Positions 21,652-33,261 of a DNA stretch of 39,783 nt are shown piece after piece. Position numbers and translations under genes: made by a program. This stretch comes from Octopus bimaculoides. Taxonomy: Eukaryota. Each line of letters opens with the position of its first letter. Position 1 is the first letter of the stretch. The notes beneath the pieces are model-generated. The model was not told where the DNA came from and did not search any database. It saw only the letters and a list, made by a program, of their open reading frames with translations. Where the stretch lies: assembly GCF_001194135.2 (NCBI RefSeq), contig NC_068981.1:21312456-21352238 (forward strand), read 5' to 3'.

Positions 21652-21875
21652 ATTATCATCATCATCATCATTTTCATCATTTAACATCTGTTTTCCTCAC
21701 TGGCATGGGTTTGATGGTTTGACAGAATCACTCAGCTGCATGGGTGCCCATGTTAGCTTTCATATCGTTTCTACCATTAGATGTCCTTCCTAACACCAAC
21801 TACTTTATGGTGTGTACCAGGTGCTGTTTTTCATGACACCAGCACTAGTGAGGTTACTGAGTATCTTGCAAGACC
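21652..21875 (-). mobile_element. Family B copy
   Basis: (CAT)n TTTAACATCTGTTTTCCTCACTGGCATGGGTTTG...GATGTCCTTCCTAACACCAAC. Confidence 0.75.
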
Positions 21876-22296
21876 GTGACAAAAAAATAATAAAGGAAAA
21901 GTCCCCTAGAATGGGTGGGAGTGTATCGAGAGAGGGGGAGGTGACTGTATTCTATGACAGAGGGACTAGTACATATGTCTTGCTAAGTACCTTGCATTAT
22001 AAAAGGGTGGGTGAGAGAGGAGGAAGGATTACAAATATGGTGGGAATAAGATAGGGGCTGTGCATGTGTTTTAGTGTGTGTGTGTGTCTGTGTGTGTGTG
22101 TGTCTGTGTGTGTGTGTGTGTGTGTGTGTTTGTGTCTCTGTGTGTGTGTGTGTTTGTGTCTGTGCAAATGTTTACATTCTGCAATTTCAAAGTTGAGTAG
22201 GATGAAGACTCCCTTATGAGAAAAATAGCTAAGGGTTAGCAATAGAAAGGACATCTGGTTGTAAAGCAATGCCTCATTATGTATTCCATGCAACAT

Positions 22297-22685
22297 GGTG
22301 AGCTGGCAGAAACGTTAGCACACTGGGGGAAATGCTTAGTGGTATTTCGTCTGCCATTACGTTCTGAGTTCAAATTCCCCTGAGGTTGACTTTGCCTTTC
22401 ATCCTTTCGGATCGATAAATTAAGTACCAGTTACGTACTGAGGTCGATGTAATTGACTTAATCTCTTTGTTTGTCCTTGTTTGTCCCATCTATGTTTAGC
22501 CCCTTGTGGTCAATAAAGAAATAAGAAACATTAGCACGCCAGGCAAAATTGCTTAGCAATATTTCATCTTTCTTTACGTTCTTTCAGGGTCGATTATTTA
22601 AGTACCAGTTGTGTACTGGGGTCGATCTAATTGACTGGCCCTCTCCCCCAAAATTTCAGGTCTTGTACCTAGACTAGAAAAGAAT
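22297..22685 (+). mobile_element. Dimeric SINE family A
   Basis: Two tandem monomers, each with TTAGCAC..AAATGCTTAG..TTTACGTTCT and GTCGAT...TAAGTACCAGTT..GTACTG.GGTCGAT. Confidence 0.85.
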
Positions 22686-22750
22686 ATGTATTCCATGCAA
22701 GGATGGAAAGTGGACATAAAACAGACATGACTGAACAAATGAACAAAACA

Positions 22751-22896
22751 TAAATATTACTACATTTTCATAAGTTAAAGTTTCATGTTAAACAGAGCAT
22801 TCATTAGATGAATGTGAAAATTTTCTTTCAAAGCCATTCATCTGAAGAACACTGTTTAGCATGAAACTTTAACTTGTGAAAAAGTAGTAATATTTA
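22751..22896. repeat. Fold-back palindrome / MITE-like: ~62-bp arms, 21-nt loop
   Basis: TAAATATTACTACATTTTCATAAGTTAAAGTTTCATGTTAAACAG... is the reverse complement of ...CTGTTTAGCATGAAACTTTAACTTGTGAAAAAGTAGTAATATTTA. Confidence 0.9.
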
Positions 22897-22933
22897 TCTC
22901 CTAATAAAAATCAGAACACTATACTTAGAATGA

Positions 22934-23160
22934 ATCATCATCATCATCATTTAACATCCAGCTTCCATGCTGGCATGGGTTGGATGATTTGAAAGGATCT
23001 GACAATTCAAAGGACTGCACCATACTCCACTGTTTACTTTGGAAGGCTTTCTATGATCATATTCCCTTCCTAATGCCAAGCACTTTCAGAGTGTATTGGG
23101 TGCTTTTTTCTTGGCACCAACACTAGTGGAGATTGCCTCATAACCGGCAATGCTCAAGGC
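22934..23160 (-). mobile_element. Family B copy
   Basis: (CAT)n TTAACATCCAGCTTCCATGCTGGCATGGGTTGG...CCCTTCCTAATGCCAAGCAC. Confidence 0.75.
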
Positions 23161-23237
23161 CTAAAGTAACCCCTATAACTAGGGAAGAATAGAAAAAATT
23201 GTGTGTGATGATTTTATCTCTTCTATATATATAGCTG

Positions 23238-23637
23238 CAGGAGTGGCTGTGTGGTAAGTAGCTTGCTTACGAACCACATGGTTCTGGGTTCAGTCCCACT
23301 GCGTGGCACCTTGGGCAAGTGTCTTCTACTATAGCCTCGGGCCGACCAAAGCCTTGTGAGTGGATTTGGTAGACAGAAACTGTAAAAAGCCTGTCGTATA
23401 TGTATATGTGTGTGTGTGTCTGTGTTTGTCCCCCCCAACATCGCTTGACGACTGATGCTGGTGTGTTTACATCCCCATAACTTAGCGGTTTGGCATAAGA
23501 GACCGATAGAATAAGTACTAGGCTTACAAAGAATAAGTCCTGTGGTCAATTTGCTCGACTAAAGGCAGTGCTCCAGCATGGCCACAGTCAAATGACTGAA
23601 ACAAGTAAAAGAATAAAAGAGTAAAAGAGTAAAGAGC
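23238..23637 (+). mobile_element. Full-length tRNA-derived SINE family D
   Basis: GGAGTGGCTGTGTGGTAAG (A-box-like), GGGTTCAGTCCC (B-box-like), GCACCTTGGGCAAGTG, internal microsatellite, (GAGTAAAA)-like tail. Confidence 0.92.
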
Positions 23638-23842
23638 ATATATTTATATTACATTTTAATATATTATTTATACTGAAATAATAAATTCACCCTCCACACA
23701 TAGGTACTATCAGTTTTCTTTATTAAGCTCCTTACCATACCAGCATACTTATGTCATAAAAAATGGTGACGATTTTTATTAATTATAGAGAATGACACCA
23801 CTGATCAGTTTCTGACCTAATGATTTCACACTATTTAATAGA

Positions 23843-24170
23843 GTTGTTAGCACACAAGACAAAATGCTTAATGGCATTTCTTCTGATTCTTTATGATCTA
23901 AATTCAAATTCCATCAAGGCCAACTTTGCCTTTCATCCTTTTGAGGTTTATAAAATAATAATAATGAAAATAATGAAAGCATTGTGTATAGTGCTCAGGT
24001 GCACTACAACTCATCAAAAGTGCATGTACAGTACATAGAATTATGTACAAATGTCAGGAAAGTGAATAGTGTATGAATCATGATATACTTAATAACAGTC
24101 AAGTTACAAGGTCAGTTTCATTGACTTGCACTCCCCTCAAAATCGCTGGCTTTGTGCTAAAATTAGAAAG
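23843..24170 (+). mobile_element. Degenerate SINE A interrupted by a ~140-bp insert
   Basis: AAAATGCTTAATGGCATTTC..AATTCAAATTCC..CTTTGCCTTTCATCC, resuming at ~24105 with CATTGACTTG..CCCTCAAAATCGCTGGC. Confidence 0.55.
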
Positions 24171-24233
24171 ATCTATTTAATAGTAGAATATTAACAATGT
24201 TTAATATACATTTCTACCAACTTTACCTTTTTT

Positions 24234-24370
24234 TGTTCAAATGCCCTCAAGATCAGCTTTGTCTTTCATCCTCTTAGGATCAATAAAATAAGTACCAGTT
24301 GAACACTGGTTTGATGTAATTGACTCATCCTTGCCCTGAAATTTCTGCCTTTGTGCCAAAATTTGAAACC
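24234..24370 (+). mobile_element. SINE A, 5'-truncated
   Basis: GTTCAAATGCC..CTTTCATCC..ATAAAATAAGTACCAGTTGAACACTGG..GTGCCAAAATTTGAAA. Confidence 0.7.
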
Positions 24371-24566
24371 AATATTTAGTATACATGATGGTGTGTGAAC
24401 CTGCCAAAACTTTATGGATCCTAACCGTGTCTAAGCAAATAGAGACATATGCCATCAAAAGTGAGAGCTTCTTTATTTATAACATTTATAAGAATGATTT
24501 AATGATAGAAAAATATAATTAAAAGTTATGACATTTTTACAAAAATATTATTTATGAAGTGTAAGG

Positions 24567-24975
24567 TAGGAATGGCTGTGTGGTTAAGCAGCTCAGTTTG
24601 CAACTACATGGTTTTGGGTTCAGTCCTACAGCATCACACCTTGGGCAAGTGTCTCCTGCTATAACTATAACCTTGAGCTAAGCTATGCCTTGCAAGAGAG
24701 TTTGGTAGATGGAAACTATGTGGAAGCCCATCATATGTATATAAAACTGTGTCTCTTAGTGCTTGTTTGCCTCTCCACCTCCATTGTTTGATGACTGGTG
24801 TTGGTTGGTTTACATCCCCATTACTGAGCAGTTTGGCGAAAAGACTGATGAAATAAAGACCAAGTTTTAAAAATAAGTTGATGGTAGTGGGGTTGGTTTG
24901 ATCTGTTTAAAACTCTTCGAAGTGTTGTCCCAGAATGGCCACAGTCCAACGACTGAAACAAGTGAAAGATACAAA
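24567..24975 (+). mobile_element. Older full-length SINE D
   Basis: Collinear with 23238-23637. Confidence 0.75.
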
Positions 24976-25386
24976 AATTTGTATGAAATTGTCATTATTC
25001 CAAAAGTTCTATGAAAATTTTCTTGTTTTCTATCTTTACCAGTGTGTTAAGTTTATTTCTATTTCTTTGTCTTGCTTAAAACAACATAAAACTAACCTTT
25101 TACTTCAACCTACACCCTTTTTAATTCTCACACTATCACTCATCACTTACTCTTTTTGTTTGCCATCCCAGGTTCTGTGATAAAAGAACTCATCCTTCCA
25201 CTCACTTTGATATACTTCTGTTATCAATCTCTGAATCTCTATTTGCTGTTTGACAGCCTCCTACCTCCACACTAACATATTTGCATGACTGCAAATATAT
25301 ATACATTGCTAATTATTATACATGGATACATACACACTAACCATCCCCACCCCCACATGCATGCATATGTATGTGTGTTTAGTCCA

Positions 25387-25431
<45 letters not shown>

Positions 25432-26559
25432 ACGCACGCGTGTTATATGAGCTAAGATTCTTAATATAAACAGTATGAAATATGCATTTGATTTGTAAAC
25501 AGTCTGAGAGAGAGTGAGTGCGTATGTGTGAGAGAGGGAGAGAAAAATAACAATGAATCTATGGATGTGAATCAAATTACACATTATACGTTTACCAGAT
25601 AAATGTGCTACTCTGCACAACTGCGAACCCATATCTAAATATGTTTTACATTAACAGGTTTAGCTATAATTCAGTAATATATCAATAACAAATAACTTGA
25701 ATAAAGATGAAATATCTTATAATGAAAGACATTCATAGAAATAACCTAATTTTGCAGAGTTAAGTTCCAGAGTAAATTTTGAAGCTGTGAAATTTTTGTC
25801 GTCAAGACAAGTACTAGAGGTTATATATTTGTAACTTAGTTTGAGAAAGGTGGACCAAAGAAGGACTGTAGGAAGCCTAAAAGAGGGAAGAAGAAGGGCT
25901 AAAGAAGGGCTGTAAAATCTTGAAAGGCATAAATGATAGAAATGATGAATTGTTTATCTGTTAAGCTTGAGATCTGTGATTTTAGTCCTGATATTTTACA
26001 TACAGAATTGTTTACAAAATGTATAACAAAATCCTTATCCTCGTTGTTATTGTCATCATCATCATCATCATTGTCTTCATCACATCTGCTATCACCATTG
26101 AAGTATGGAACAGGTGATGGAAACTTTGCTTGACTGAGAGGGCAAGGGTCCTAAAAACTTTGCTTTGCTTGGCAGGGTGGGCTTCTTAAACCCCAAAAGT
26201 GAAATGTTTAGTCAGTACCCTCATAAGAAGAAATTCATGTTAGAGACATGGGATCTTTCACAGGCTGACTAGCAAATGGAAACTGTGCATATACTGACCC
26301 TTTTAAGACACAATTAGAACTGGCCAAAGAAAGATAACTCCATTGAGCCCAGAAGGAATGATGCTTTGTAGAATTTTGTTTCAGGTTTTTTTTTCACAAC
26401 CCTGATTTACCAAGACTGTATTCTTATCTCCAATAACAGAGAGGTTATTTGCTTCCAGTCAGTAAGTCTGACGGGTCACCTATATTGCTAAGAGTATAAT
26501 GGGTGTGAAACATGGTAACTCTCTGACTAAGCATAACCAATAACTACATTAAATAGATA

Positions 26560-26675
26560 TCTTTTATCGTTTACTTGCTTCAGTCATTAAACTTGAACAT
26601 ACTGGAGCACCACCTTGAAAAAGTTTTAGTCAAATGGATCACCCCAGTACATTTTTCAAAGCCTGGTACTTATTC
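26560..26675 (-). mobile_element. SINE D 3' fragment
   Basis: TTTACTTGCTTCAGTCATT..ACTGGAGCACC..CCCCAGTAC..GCCTGGTACTTATTCTAT. Confidence 0.65.
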
Positions 26676-26801
<126 letters not shown>

Positions 26802-27146
26802 AACAGACAGTCAGACAGACACAGTGACAGACAGTTTGATAGATATGCATATATGCACATGTATGTATATGAACATATTTTTAAATTTTTAATCAGCAGA
26901 GTAAGAAAAAACTGAGAGTTCCAGCAAATTTGACTTCAAATCTGATAGTGCATTTCTAATGCAGAGCAAATTATCTTTTTGGGAAGATCTTTGAGAATTG
27001 GGAATTTCCAGATAGTCAGTCCCATTAAAGGAGGTGCAGTCATGAGAAGAGACAGAATGGTGTTACAAAATAAAATAAAACATAATAAAAAACATAAGTA
27101 TATATTTGTGTACTGAATTGTATTTCCCGGTTGACCTCCCAAGCCT

Positions 27147-27510
<364 letters not shown>

Positions 27511-27830
27511 TGACTATACCAATTCATTTGAAGCTGAGGCTTGCTTTCATCACAAGTTACAGTTTCATAATATGACAGGACTTACAATGTTAACACACAA
27601 CCAAGCATAACATATACGCAATTTCAACAAACAGTACCAGACTATTATGAGGCTAAGGACACCTATCAGAATTCATATAAGAAATATTTGAAAAATATCT
27701 AATACTGTTTATGGTTTAGACAGTAAAACAAATAATATTTTTTTTTAATTGTTGATTTTGTTTTCAAATTCACAATGTTTTTATTATACGGTTTGTTCTT
27801 TTTTGCATCATTTTTTATATATATTTTGAC

Positions 27831-28021
27831 TACTCTTTTACTCTTTTACTTGTTTCAGTCATTTGACTGCAGCCATGCTGGAGCACCGCCTTTAGTCGAG
27901 CAAATCGACCCCAGGACTTATTCTTTGTAAGCCTAGTACTTAGTCTATCAGTCTCTTTTGCCAAACTGCTAAGTTAAACACACCAGCATCGGTTGTCAAG
28001 CGATGCTGGGGGGGACAAACA

Positions 28022-28071
<50 letters not shown>

Positions 28072-28243
28072 CATATATACGATGGGCTTCTTTCAGTTTC
28101 CGTCTACCAAATCCACTCACGAGGCTTTGGTCGGCCCGAGGCTATAGTAGAAGACACCTGCCCAAGGTGCCACGCAATGGGAAGGGAATGAACCCAGAAC
28201 CATGTGGTTGGTAAGCAAGCTACTTACCACACAGCCACTCCTG
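27831..28243 (-). mobile_element. Full-length SINE D with internal (CA)n
   Basis: Closely similar reverse complement of 23238-23637; same orientation as 11086-11493. Confidence 0.92.
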
Positions 28244-28487
28244 TGCCTATAATTTTTTTTTAATATCTTGTAACCTACTCATAGGAGAAAAGGCAATGTT
28301 CTTGACCCTTTTCAATGCTTGCAAGTGTTGATGATACAAAGGAAAGGAATTATTCTTAGACCAGAAATTTGGCCTAAATGCTTACGATAGAGTAGACTGT
28401 GTTAAAGGGCAATAAAGAGCCAGAACGTTGTGTTAAATTGGTCTGTGAATTAAGGGATTAAGCCTCACCCAAGAACAGGACAGTTTT

Positions 28488-28650
28488 CTACATAGTTTCC
28501 ACCTATCAAATTTCACTCACAAGACTTAGGTTGATCCAATGGTGCAGTAGATAACATTTAGCATCCTCTACCAAGTGCCACCTGGTGAGGTTGAACCCAA
28601 AACCACATAGTTGTGAAGTAAACTTCTTAACCATACAACTATGCCCGTGC
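28488..28650 (-). mobile_element. SINE D 5' half, degenerate
   Basis: AGTTTCCACCTATCAAATTTCACTCACAAG..CCAAGTGCCAC..TGAACCCAAAACCACAT. Confidence 0.6.
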
Positions 28651-28666
28651 CATAAATATTATTCTT

Positions 28667-29257
28667 AATCCATTATATGCTGCAGATGCAATATTAGATT
28701 AAAATATCCATCTGTGTATATCATACTCAGTGTAAATACATCTCAGAAAGCAAATTTATTGCAGTATTCATCTGGAGATAGTATATTTTATGGATGTGCT
28801 GGGTTTAAAACACAATTTATATTGGAGGCAAACAAAAATTGTTCTACCAGTGGCTGGTGAGAATGCGAGATGTGCATTTCTGCTATGTTGAGTGTTGTCA
28901 GTAGCATTTACTAACAGCAAACTGTATGCTGAGACAAAAGCTATCACCACTGCTATCAGAAAATAGTGAATTAATAATCACTGGTGTTGTAGATAGTCAT
29001 CTTACTGACTAAAAATCCATTATATGCCACAGAAGCAGTATTAGATTAAAATAGTCATCTGTGTATCATATTTAATGTAAATAGATCAAGAAAAGCTAAT
29101 TTACTATGAGCTTCATCTGGTGATAATATCTCTTATGGATATGTGGTGTTTAAAAACAGGCACAGCATGTCCATAAAAGATGTTATCTCCAGATGAATAC
29201 CACAGTAAGTTTGCTTTTTGTAATATATTTACATTAAATATGATGCATAGATGATTA
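28667..29257. repeat. Direct duplication (28667-28798 / 29014-29143) plus inverted copy (29166-29257), giving a ~90-bp hairpin
   Basis: AATCCATTATATGC...ATTAGATTAAAATA.TCATCTGTGTAT...TTCATCTGG.GATA occurs twice; 29052-29143 is the reverse complement of 29166-29257. Confidence 0.85.
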
Positions 29258-29269
29258 TTCTTTGAGGCC

Positions 29270-29830
29270 TTGTTTTGTCAGTTAGTTTGGGAACTCACTA
29301 GTGTCAGTGCCATGAAAAAAAGCACCCAGTATATTCTGTAAAGTAGCTGGTGTTAGGAAGGGCATCCAGCTGTAGAAACCATGCCAAAATAGCAAAACAG
29401 AGACTGGAACCAGAAGCAGTCCTTGTATCCCTTGCATACAAAGGTCTTGTCAAGCCATCCAATCTCTGCTAGCATGGAACATAGCAAGGCATTTTCAACT
29501 GCTCCTCTGTCATAATTTAGCCTTCAACGCTTGGCTTAAAGCCACCTTCTCATCTGCTATGAACCCACTTTGTTATGGGTATTTTCTTTTGTCTTGCAGA
29601 TTACTTGGAAACCTCACTAGTGCAGGTGTCATGAAAAAAACACCCAGTAAATGGTATAATGGTTGGTGTTAGGAAAGGCATCTAGTTGTAGAAACCATGC
29701 CAAAACAGACAATGGAGCTCAACAAAGTCCTCCAGGTGATTGGATCAAATCAAATCATCCAACACATGCCTACATGGATGACAGGCATTAAATGCTGCTG
29801 CTGCTGATGATGATGATGATGGTGATGACA
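29270..29830 (+). mobile_element. Two adjacent old family B copies (29270-29490 and 29590-29830)
   Basis: Each has CTCACTAGTG..ATGAAAAAAA.CACCCAGT..TGTTAGGAA.GGCATC.AG.TGTAGAAACCATGCCAAAA. Confidence 0.75.
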
Positions 29831-30162
29831 ATGAGGATGATGAAGATGAAGATGATAATGATCGTGCTGATAATCATGATTATGATTACATATGTATCCT
29901 AATTACCACTACCACCGCTATCACTGCCACCACTATCAACATCATCCATAATGTCCATCATCATCATTTCACTATTTAAAAATTATGAAAATCATGTTGG
30001 AGATTATTTTTCTTTTAAGAGACTGAAACATTTTACAGAAATAACCTTTTTTTCTTTATTTAATGTCTCTATAACTAATTTGTAACTTATTTTGATTATC
30101 ATTCACTTTCTATCAATTTTGCTTAACAATATCTTTACTTGGGACAATCCTTTGTCACTCAG

Positions 30163-30218
30163 TCTTTGATGAGAATACAATGATAGACCCATTTAAAAGG
30201 GATTGCCAATGTAATGAG
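30163..30218 (+). CDS. Candidate internal coding exon of an unidentified gene (phase 1 to phase 0), (x)FDENTMIDPFKRDCQCNE
   Basis: AG-free stretch 30039-30160, branch-like GCTTAAC at 30121, acceptor CCTTTGTCACTCAG, consensus donor GAG|GTAAGT, one open frame, outside recognised repeats; no partner exon confirmed. Confidence 0.4.
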
Positions 30219-30482
30219 GTAAGTCAATTACTCTATGTGTTTTTTTTTGTTCAAATATACCAGTTTTTAAAAATTTTTCTTAACATAAATATATCAGGTT
30301 GTCCCATAATGCTGTTTTTTCAATTGCATGAGCTAAAAGTTGGAGGGAGATGGGATAAATTACCTGCATCACTTTGCTATAAAAGCAGGTAGTAATTTTA
30401 CCTTGTACTTATTCTTATGGTTTCATGTTGAGTCTTAAACATGGTACCTTGGGAAAGTATTTTTGGCGACTATATGCCAAAA

Positions 30483-30781
30483 CCAGGCAGTGACAGGTGA
30501 CCAAGACCATTGGTGACATACCATGCTTGTGTTGATCTGTCAAGGCAAGTGACCTTAGTTGTGACTGATGCTGGTGTCAGATCAATGGCACCCATACCAG
30601 CGACACATAAAAAACACCTGCTACACTCTCAGAGGGGTTGGCATGAGGAAGGGCACCCAGCCATAGAAACCTTGCCAAATCAGATTGAAACCAGGTGCAG
30701 CTCCCTGGCTTACCAGTTCTCAGTCAAACCATCCAACCCATGCCAGCATGGAAAGTGGACATTAAATGATGATGATGATGA
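30483..30781 (+). mobile_element. Family B copy including one 3' UTR subunit
   Basis: AGGCAGTGACAGGTGACCAAGACC... is collinear with 19117-19410. Confidence 0.85.
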
Positions 30782-30803
30782 AGGAATGGAATAGATAAGA
30801 TCT

Positions 30804-31047
30804 GGGCTACATATGTTTCATAGCGAGTGGAACCTCGGAAGTGGTAAATATCCAAGTGAGGCGTATACCACAGGCTGCATGTCAGGCAAAGGCTATCTTG
30901 ATTAAATGAAGTTTACACTGTCGCAAGGAGGTACATGTTAACACAAGGAAGATTGTGATCAAATCTTCCTTATGAGTATCCTGTGTATAGATCTTGCTTG
31001 GATATTTACCATTTCTGAGTTTCCCCTCGCTATGAAATATATAGCCC
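30804..31047. mobile_element. MITE-like element with ~70-bp imperfect terminal inverted repeats
   Basis: GGGCTACATATGTTTCATAGCGAGTGGAACCTCGGAAGTGGTAAATATCCAAG vs CTTGGATATTTACCATTTCTGAGTTTCCCCTCGCTATGAAATATATAGCCC; no clean TSD. Confidence 0.75.
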
Positions 31048-31675
31048 TTAACTCTTGTATTCATATTCACATACTTAGCAACCCTGGTTGCTTACNNNNN
31101 NNNNNNNNNNNNNNNNNNNNNNNNNNNNNNNNNNNNNNNNNNNNNNNNNNNNNNNNNNNNNNNNNNNNNNNNNNNNNNNNNNNNNNNNNNNNNNNNNNNN
31201 NNNNNNNNNNNNNNNNNNNNNNNNNNNNNNNNNNNNNNNNNNNNNNNNNNNNNNNNNNNNNNNNNNNNNNNNNNNNNNNNNNNNNNNNNNNNNNNNNNNN
31301 NNNNNNNNNNNNNNNNNNNNNNNNNNNNNNNNNNNNNNNNNNNNNNNNNNNNNNNNNNNNNNNNNNNNNNNNNNNNNNNNNNNNNNNNNNNNNNNNNNNN
31401 NNNNNNNNNNNNNNNNNNNNNNNNNNNNNNNNNNNNNNNNNNNNNNNNNNNNNNNNNNTATATATATATACATATATACTAGCTGAGGTACCCAGTAATA
31501 AATTACCATTAATAAGATGTCTGTTTATAGCCATGAAACATTTTTCATCAAAATTCAACATTTTTCAAAAATTTAAAGTCTATATTAATGGATAGGACCA
31601 ATTTGATGATGATGATGAGGTACATGTGTGTGTGTCTGTGTGTGTGTATATGTATATATATATAATTTTTTTTTT

Positions 31676-31996
31676 AGGAGCACTCCGTTGGTTACGACAA
31701 CGAGGGTCCCAGCTGATACGATCAATGGAACAGCCTGCTTATGAAATTAACATGCAAGTGACTGAGCAATCTATAGACACGCTTACCCCTAATGTAGTTC
31801 TCAGGGAGATTCAGCATGACGCAGAGTGCGACAAGGCCAGCCCTTTGAAATACAGCTACAACTCATTTTTGCCAGCTGAGTGGACTGGAACAACATGAAA
31901 TAAAGTGTCTTGCTCAAGGACACAACGTGTCACTGGGAATTGAACTCATGATCTTACACTCATGAGCCGAATACCCTCACCACTAAGCCACATGCC

Positions 31997-32000
<4 letters not shown>
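31676..32000 (-). mobile_element. tRNA-derived SINE family E (V-domain-like)
   Basis: Minus strand: GGCATGTGGCTTAGTGG (A-box), GAGTTCAATTCCC (B-box), TGTGTCCTTGAGCAAGACACTT, TCCAGTCCACTCAGCTGGCAAAAATGAGT. Confidence 0.85.
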
Positions 32001-32038
<38 letters not shown>

Positions 32039-32061
32039 TAGATAGNNNNNNNNNNCATGCC

Positions 32062-32103
<42 letters not shown>

Positions 32104-32139
32104 TAGATAGATAGATAGATTGATTCATATTTTTTTATT

Positions 32140-32285
32140 CTTTTATTCTTTTATTCTTTTACCACATGATTTCAGATTCAACCCCACTATGTTACACTCT
32201 TGACAAGTGTCTTCTACTGTTGTTCTAGACCAACCAAAGCCTTGTGAGTGGATTTGATAGATGGAAACTGAAAGAAGCCCATCAT
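32140..32285 (-). mobile_element. SINE D 5' half
   Basis: CAAGTGTCTTCTACT..ACCAAAGCCTTGTGAGTGGATTTG.. arrangement; degenerate, strand assignment approximate. Confidence 0.5.
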
Positions 32286-32776
32286 CTTCATGGTGGCCAT
32301 GGCGACGGCAGCAGTGATGTGGTGGTGGTGGTGGTGATGACAACATTGTGGTAACACTTAAAGATAACTTCAAAAATGTAATGAATAAGAGCCAAGGAAT
32401 GAATAGAAAAACTGTAAAAGAAAGAGAGGTGGAGCTCTATGGTAATAGAGTCAGCAAGCAATAAAGTATGCTGGGATGACTAAACCTACTTCTCCCAAAA
32501 TTACACTCATTAAACAGCAATTAATTAGGGAAAACTATTGAAGTTTCTAGATATAAGTTGTCAAAATATAAAATTTCAATATCTTATTTATCATTGACAT
32601 CTTTTAACCTATTTATGGATAAAATCTATTTATAGGAAATGCTGGGTGTTTAAGAAGTTTGCTTTGCAGGTTGAGGTTCAATCCTGCTCAGCAGTTCTTG
32701 AGGTAAGTCTACCATACACTTCGGTTGGCTAATTCCATTTGAATGAAATTTGGTACTTAGAAATTGTGCAGAGGCC

Positions 32777-32855
<79 letters not shown>

Positions 32856-32910
32856 ATGTCAAGCCATCCAACACATGCCAGCATAGAAAACAGGTTAAAC
32901 CATGATGATA
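32856..32910 (+). mobile_element. Short family B terminal fragment following a (GT)n tract
   Basis: GTCAAGCCATCCAACACATGCCAGCATAGAAAACAGGTTAAACCATGATGAT. Confidence 0.6.
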
Positions 32911-32979
32911 CAAAAATGTTGTTGACAGTGACTTCAAAGTTTTGGCCACCTTACCATTTTTTTTTCCATTATTTCTGAG

Positions 32980-33185
32980 CTGGAAAGCAGTGAGCCAGTA
33001 GAATAATTACTACAGTGGACAAAATGCTTAGCAGCATTTCTTTCAGTTCCTTATGTTCTGAGTTCAAATACTGATGAGGTTGACTTTGCTCTCACTCTTT
33101 TAGGGGCTCAATAGAATAAGTATCAGTTTAGCAAATAAACCCCTAAAATTGCTGGCCTTGTACCCAAATCTGAAATCATTATTTC
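32980..33185 (+). mobile_element. Degenerate SINE A
   Basis: AAAATGCTTAGCAGCATTTC..TTCTGAGTTCAAAT..GAGGTTGACTTTGC..AAATTGCTGGCCTTGT. Confidence 0.7.
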
Positions 33186-33261
33186 TAAGCTGATAGGATA
33201 GTGTTGCCTATTTGCCTATTACTAGTGCATCCTAGCTGCTTCCTATATGGATGAGGTCATA

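Noticed and set aside
26420-26530. PILL../NGCETW RTE-like motif
   Set aside because: A single short motif with no supporting neighbours.
31930-32000. tRNA genes (also the heads of SINE A, D and E)
   Set aside because: A/B boxes are present but there is no complete cloverleaf, and each continues into SINE body sequence.
31991-32110. Apparent tandem duplication CATGCCTTCACAC..AGATAGATAG
   Set aside because: Identical sequence on both sides of a 10-N gap, i.e. a contig-overlap artefact.
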